Positions 57,431 through 64,000 of a DNA stretch of 64,000 nucleotides are shown here, in pieces. Where the stretch lies: the NCBI GenBank assembly GCA_020137815.1, contig CM035356.1, positions 6,882,001 to 6,946,000 on the forward strand, read 5' to 3'. Made by a program: the position numbers and the translations under genes. Each line of letters begins with the position of its first letter. The first letter of the stretch is position 1. The stretch comes from Hormiphora californensis. Taxonomy: Eukaryota > Animalia > Ctenophora. A model generated the notes under the pieces. The model saw nothing but the letters and a program-made list of their open reading frames with translations, was not told the DNA's origin and did no database searches.

Positions 57431-60400
57431 ATGCCTCGGTTTGGTGGTGCCCCGAAATGCTGCGCCTGTGACAAGAGTGTCTATATGGCCGAGGAGCTTA
57501 ATGCACTGGGAAGAAAATGGCACAAGTAAGTAACTTGTTTCAATTAATATTTCGATATTAGCACACAAGTAAGTAAGTAAGTAATTTTAACTTGTTCAGA
57601 CTCATATTGCGGCCAACAGTTGTTTTTCAGACCTCCTCCCGGCCAACATTTGTTGGTTGTCGTTGTACTCTGAGGAAATTTTGCACACATTACATGGCTG
57701 TTAATTATCACTCAATATATATACCACTAGAAAATGTCACAACAACCGCATTATTTAGTCAGCATACCCCACCCATTAAATTACATCAAGCATGTATTAC
57801 AAGATGCATTATATCTCTTGACGTGTGGTGCATGTGTGAGTTGTGATGTGTCATATTATGTTGGAGATGATATCACCAATACCATGCTCAATACTCGATA
57901 TATGTTCCACGCCTCACCCAGCTAATAAGATATTACCCGCGGGGATCTATGACTACTAAAACTCTGGCTACTACAACTCTGACGACTGCAATTCTTATGA
58001 GAAATGGGGGGGGGGGGGAGCTGTAGGTCCAAAAAGGTGATAGTTGTGCAAAAACAAACCACGGGAACATGTTGGATTGCATGCAGTAAAAGTATAGCTA
58101 AAGATGCATACACCAGAGATATAAGATGTTACTACTACAGTCGGACCCCGATTTATAAGTGGCATCCTCGGGGGAAAAAATCCTGCCACTAAATCGGGGT
58201 GCCACTAAATCGTGGGCCACTAAATCGGGGTCCGACTGTACTAACAGCGGTCAGATTTAACAACAACACCAATTTGAGAAACTAATGTTTTTATAGTAAT
58301 GTACGGTTGAAACGTATTCAACTTTATTTAATGAATAAATCATTATTTATTGACGTAGTGTATTGAACGGAATGATCCATACCTTCCATTGGGCTTTACA
58401 GTGATTTCATGATCAATGCAGATCAATCATTCATGTTGAAAATATACCACTCAAAATATGGTGCGGGTTCTAGTCAAGAACGTAGGAAAGATATAATGGA
58501 GTAGAGTCATGTATATAATCATTATACTAACAATCGATACCCATCCCTCGTATTTCCATATTAATTGTTCTTGATGAGACACACACAAAGCTGCTGCTTG
58601 TAGTGAGAAAAAAGTTTGTTTTATAAGAAATACCGTGAGAAGACGCGCAGGCTTGACCAATCACAGCGCTTGATCATGCTGAAAAATTGCATTTTATTAG
58701 TTTAGTATCCGCATGCATTACTGTCTGTGATTTCTGTGCTAATGCAGCACTAGCACATCCATCGCTTGAAGAAAAGAGAGTATTTAGAGTGCGACTGAAA
58801 GAAAGAAATAAGTAATCCGGGAGCAGTATATATGCTCATATTTTGCATGTTTTGGAATCCGTCTGTACACTGCAGAGTCTAGAAAGGCTAGCTGAGAGAG
58901 TAAAGTACAGATTTGAATCTCAGCCCAGTAGTGTAGCAGCGGCTGCTTTTATTGATATGTCACCTCCCCATGCAAGTGACATGTCATCAGCTCAACGAGC
59001 ACAGTTTGTGTATGTCTGTGTGTGTGTGTGTTGGTGTAATGTAGGTTTGTTTGTTCTAAACGACTTACTATAACATATGTCCATGTATGCAGCTAAGTGT
59101 CAGATGCTTACTTAGTATCACTGCATAATGATACAGAATAACTAAATGTATTATATAGGTAGTATTAGTATGTATAGTAGTACATTGTATACCCCAAATT
59201 ATCATATTACTGATGGCTACTGTAAACGATATTATATAATGGGCCGATCAGGAACTCTTTTGTATCCAAGATACTATATCAAGTGTAGGTATTTCGAGTT
59301 TTCACTATTCCACTGTTTATCGATGTTACTAACCCTGCAAAACCCTCACAGAGCACGGAGTTACCTATCCATACTTGTGTGGCTCACACCGAATTTTATG
59401 TGAGGGAAGATCAAACGCAGACTGCGTCACAATAAATGCTCCCTTGTACACGATTTATAAGGCCACCTAGTATACACACTGTGTTGCATCTCTATGAATT
59501 CCCTGCTGTTGCAACAGGCACATCACTAGGCATTGCTAGGAGTTTGTGTAGATCTTACGAGTCACAGATTTCTCTCTTTCCCTCTCTCTCTCATTCAATC
59601 TCTCCATAGATTTTCCTAATCTCTATTTCCGCCTTTAAAATAATCGTTTCGAGCCTCCCCTGAGAGAGCGAAAGAGAGATAGAAGGAAAGACAGAGTGAG
59701 AGAGATAATAGAAGGAGAGAGAGCTAGAGTGAGAGAGATAGAGAGAGAAAACATCCCTTCTTTCACATAATTCATTCTAATTATCCTAATTCTCTAAATT
59801 ACCTGTCGTCTCACCACTGTAGTAATTAATGTTCATAATTGAGTAAATAATGTTCATAATTGCAATCTTTATCACCTGGTTAATTCGAACATTCTTTGAA
59901 AATTCAATCAATATCTAATCAACTCTCATTCCCAAGGACCCTTTTTATATTAAATTTCAGAAAACATGATCAACTACCCCATCCCTCCCTAGTCCTAAGT
60001 CCCTACAGGTTGTGTTTCAAGTGTGCAGGGTGCGAGAAGAGGCTGACACCCGGTATGGAGACAGAGCATGATGGGAAACCGTACTGTAAAAACTGCTATG
60101 GAAAACGTTTCGGTCCCAAGGGTAGGTAATTTTTTGCTTTTTCAGAATGATCATTTTATTTTGCCAAAGGGGATCGTAATTTATGGAGTATGGGGCGCCT
60201 CTGAGATATCATATCAGAAAATACGGACAAGATTGCAAAAAGCAGAAGAAATCTTTCTCGTTTTTGTTTTTTTCTATCCCTTTTCCACACCTCCCTGTTG
60301 TGAGTCTTCATGGCTTCTTCTGGCAGCATGTGGTCTGTCACCACTTCAATTAGATTTCTTTTGTAAAGTGTCTACACTTACTTATATACAGGCCGATGTT

Positions 60401-61399
60401 GGCCGCCACCCCTTTTAGATTTCTTTTTCTAAGATAAAAAATAAATTGTGTGCTCTTCTCACCGCCTATTTTTACAGGTGTTGGAGGCGGCGCCACTGCT
60501 GGATGTCTACAAAACACGGAGGAGAGTTCCTCTACCAGCAAGTTTAAGAACAACAACCCTGCTAGCAATAAGGTAGGATTATATTTTACCAGACCCCTGT
60601 TCATGTTTGTCCAGCTTTTTACCAGATATCTCTATCTCAAGATATTTCATATAATTTGTCCCGATATCTCTTTGTGATTTCGCACGAAAATAGTACCACA
60701 ATTATACCGATTGTGATTTCACACCGTATTCACTGGGCTTGCACCGTTGCAGTTTGCAATAACGACTCAAGAAAAGTGCCATCGATGCGAGAAAACCGTC
60801 TACGCCGCTGAGAAGATGATAGTCCTCCGAAAGGTATGTTTGTAACGCGCGGTGACATCCAAACTTATATCTCGGCGCGAAATGACGCGCGCGAATTCCC
60901 ACGCCAGTCTAAAATCTCACCGTTTCACCACCTTTTTTCAGATTTTCCATAAGATTTGTGTCAAATGCAACAGTTGTGGCAAAACCATGGAGGCTGGAGC
61001 TGTTCTAGAGCACGATGATGAGATTTACTGCAAAAGTAAGATGTGATTTTAACTGTGAATGTGAAAGAGAGAAAAAGAAGCGTTGATATGTGAATTTCCC
61101 GCCTTTTTATTTGACTTCTTTTTACCAGGCTGCTACGCTCGAGACTTTGGGCCGCACGGAAAGATTTAGAGCGTGTGTGTGACTGAGAGTGTGAGCATGA
61201 ATCCGAATTTACTTCAGAACTTCTTGATTTTTTGATTTCCCAACTCTTATTTCCCTCCTTTCATTTTCTCTCCTTTCAGTTTCTCTCCTCTAACTCTCTC
61301 CTTTCAGATTGCTACGGAAAGAACTTTGGGCCGAAGGGATTTGGATTTGGAATGTCCTCGGCCACCTTGAACACTGGGGATTATGCTCCCGACTCTTAA
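57431..61399 (+). CDS. CSRP: Cysteine- and glycine-rich protein / muscle LIM protein (two LIM domains) with two alternative last exons
   Basis: Exons 57431-57525, 60009-60121, 60478-60572, 60753-60833 and 60942-61035, then 61129-61169 or 61308-61399. [22 protein letters not shown]...[11 protein letters not shown]...[14 protein letters not shown]; second [16 protein letters not shown]...YCK. Confidence 0.92.
58138..58238. mobile_element. Minimal MITE of the CAGTCGGACCCCGATTTA family
   Basis: TA-flanked TIRs, 101 bp. Confidence 0.85.
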
Positions 61400-61877
61400 A
61401 GGACTGTATATGAGCTTTAGAAAAAAAGGAAATGGACTCGATTTTAATATAATTTGACAAATGGCATTTTAGTTTTACAATGTATTAATGAGATGACGAG
61501 ATTGTAAATACCCGGCTGTGGTCTGATCTGGTCGTTATAGCATCGATTATAACAGATCAGACCGTTGCTGGGCTGAGATTTGAGAAGTGAAATCTCAGAA
61601 AGGGAGAGATTTCTGAGATTCAAGAGACTGCAGGGATATTGGAGTAACTTCTGTCAGAGCATTGGCCTGACCCTATTCTCAGCGGTCAGAGCATTGGCCT
61701 GACTGAGGTACTCCATATATCCCGGACCATATTATGAGCAAATGGTGCAGTCAACAAAAAGACGAAGAAGACGAAGAAGAGAAGTGAGAATTTATATATC
61801 TAAGTTTTGTGCATGTGTAAAAATTATATTACATTCTATTCCGTTAGATATTGTTGTTTTCCACTTAGTACACACTA

Positions 61878-62002
61878 CAGTCGGACCCCGATTTACCGGG
61901 AGTATAGATTTCCTCCGATATAGGAAATCACCAGTATTTTAACGGGAAAACACCCCCCCCCCCCCCCCCCCCCGAGAATCCCGGTAAATCGGGGTTCGAC
62001 TG
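61878..62002. mobile_element. MITE of the CAGTCGGACCCCGATTTA family
   Basis: TA|CAGTCGGACCCCGATTTACCGGG...CCCGGTAAATCGGGGTTCGACTG|TA. Confidence 0.85.
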
Positions 62003-62719
62003 TACATTACATTAGATGGCTATTCTACTTGCACTGTTATGGATGGTTGGAAGGGTCCAGTTAGGCCTAATTAGGATAGAGCTGTATTTGGTTTGGAAAA
62101 TTAGATCATATCTACAGTTCCAACTGCAACCCATGGTCATGATTGATGGTCAGAGGGGGGAGGCTGGTTGCCAACCCTCCCCCTCTGACCATCAATAACT
62201 GCACCGTGTTGTGTGTGTGTGGTAGTTAATTGGAATGACTCCAGAGTGCACCGGCCGGCAGATCAGCCGGGAGCTATTGTGTAAGCACCCCGCAGGTGCA
62301 GAGATGTTCGTACAGAATTCCATGCCCTCTATTGAAAACATGGACCTCAATCCTGCATCGTCAGACAGCGGTTCATCCGGAAATTCGATCACTATCGGGA
62401 CAGCAAATGCACCCATTTTGGTAGCTAAATCAGGGCAAAATATGGTAGTACATATCACTATCATGGCGACCCAGCTGCATTGTATATCATGCCTCGCTTG
62501 AGGGGCTTGCACAGTTGTCCTGACAGTCGGGTGACAACATATACACCCCCAATAGCGCCTGTAGATCTCCCCCCTGTTTTGGTTCAAGTTTGATTGCCAG
62601 CAGTTTCAGTTACCGCACGTATAATGACATCTTCAAGCAGCAGTCGCTCCAGTAGCGAGAAGGTATAGTTTTTGTTAGATTTTTTAAATTAGAATCAGAA
62701 ACCAGGTCCAAATTAAATA

Positions 62720-63570
62720 CAGTCGGACCCCGATTTAGTAGCATCCTCGGGGGAACAAAATCCTGCCACTAGATCGGGGTGCCACTAAATCGAGGTGAGC
62801 CATATTTGGCCCATAAAAACCTATTTTATGCCCAAAATGCTATACTAAAACTAAAGACACCTCTAACTGTTATATGCAATGTTCATGTATTGTTAACATG
62901 ATCATTTCTGATTAGAAATAGAAAACTATAAAATAATTTTTTCAAAAAAAATTTTCTAAGTCATACCGGCCCGTCCGATTTGTGTTTCGAATCGGTGCAG
63001 CTTACTGGATATCCTGTCTAATTAGCGGGTTCGAAACGAACCGATACGTGATACCATGCCGAATTGGGACACCCTAAGCGGGTGAGGAAGTATGTATCAA
63101 AATTTCAAAATAACTTTTTCTCTCAAAATTTATGGGGAGCACCGATCAAAGCATTGGCAATCTTCCTGTAAAATTTTGCAAAAAAAGTTTTAAAATTTTT
63201 AAAGGTATACCAGCCACGTCCGAATCCTGTTTCGAATCGGTGCATCTTATCGCATGTCCTGTTACTAATTAGACGGTTTGGGACGAATCGAAACGTGATC
63301 CCCATCGAATCGAAATTTTGACGCTTGGTGAACTTGACATTCAATGGCCCCATGGGGATCACGTATCGGTTCGTTCCGAACCGTCTAATTAGCAGCAGGA
63401 CATGCGATAAGATTCACTGATTCGAAACACGATTCGGACGTGGCTGGTGTTTCTTTGAAAAATTTTCAAAAAAATTTCAAAAAAATTTCACAAAAAAAAT
63501 TCAAAAAAATTTTTGGGGGAAAAAAATCCTGCCACTAAATCGGGGTGCCACTAAATCGGGGGCCACTAAA
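62720..63570. mobile_element. Longer member of the CAGTCGGACCCCGATTTA family; right TIR interrupted
   Basis: Left TIR follows TA. Internal sequence matches the core of 31852-35211 in reverse. Subterminal CCACTAAATCGGGG repeats break off at ~63570. Confidence 0.75.
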
Positions 63571-64000
63571 CTGTTGTAACAGAAGAACAAACAACCAGGG
63601 AGCTGCTATGTTTCCCCGCCAACGTTTCATTCCTAACACGAAGGCGGGACAGACATTTCGGATCATTTATACATCACGCAAACAGTATAGAACAAATCCT
63701 TGTGTTTTAGTAGCACTAAATTGCGCGCCACATTGCGAAATTGCGCGCCACACATTTCCTGAAAAAGTGTCAATGAAGTGGTTTATGAAGGAGCAGGTTG
63801 TTGTTGTGTGCGCGGCTCTAGTTGCTACATGTTGCCCCTCGCAACCTGAAACGGGACAAGAGAGCTGACTTGCTACACATAGTCACTATATCCGTTTAGA
63901 TTTCTAAACCCCGTATGCCTTTTTGCAAAAGGCATCCGGGTGAAGGCCTTCGGCCTTCACCCGCGCGGGGAAAAAATTTTTTCCCTGCCCGGGTGAATGC

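Noticed and set aside
62142-62650. ORFs 62192-62587 (minus) and 62235-62501 (plus) beside a ~54-bp hairpin
   Set aside because: No recognisable motif or splice pattern; cannot be called from sequence alone.

Overview
Intron-rich, gene-dense eukaryotic (invertebrate animal) genomic DNA with many (GA)n microsatellites and palindromic MITE/foldback elements. A ctenophore-like source is my unverified guess. Genes reconstructed by hand from GT-AG boundaries and codon phase: a TSPO/TspO-MBR gene (420-3416), MOK kinase (7056-18068), intronless FAM172A/Arb2-like (minus), a ~2,080-aa Gly-Gly-Pro block-repeat protein with one frameshift, a tight minus-strand NOB1-DPY30-EXOSC1 cluster, a calmodulin-like gene nested antisense in an EXOSC1 intron, two GPCRs and a CSRP/MLP LIM gene with duplicated last exons. 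Also present: a 5'-truncated CR1-type LINE joined directly to a U6 snRNA copy, and a solo LINE ORF1. Headline finding: the TSPO gene has a constant first and last exon flanking four divergent cassette exons that are mutually exclusive by reading frame. A 37-nt element in intron 1 is complementary to a sequence upstream of each cassette, matching the docking-site/selector architecture known from Dscam. All calls are from the sequence alone; no database searches or folding programs were run.
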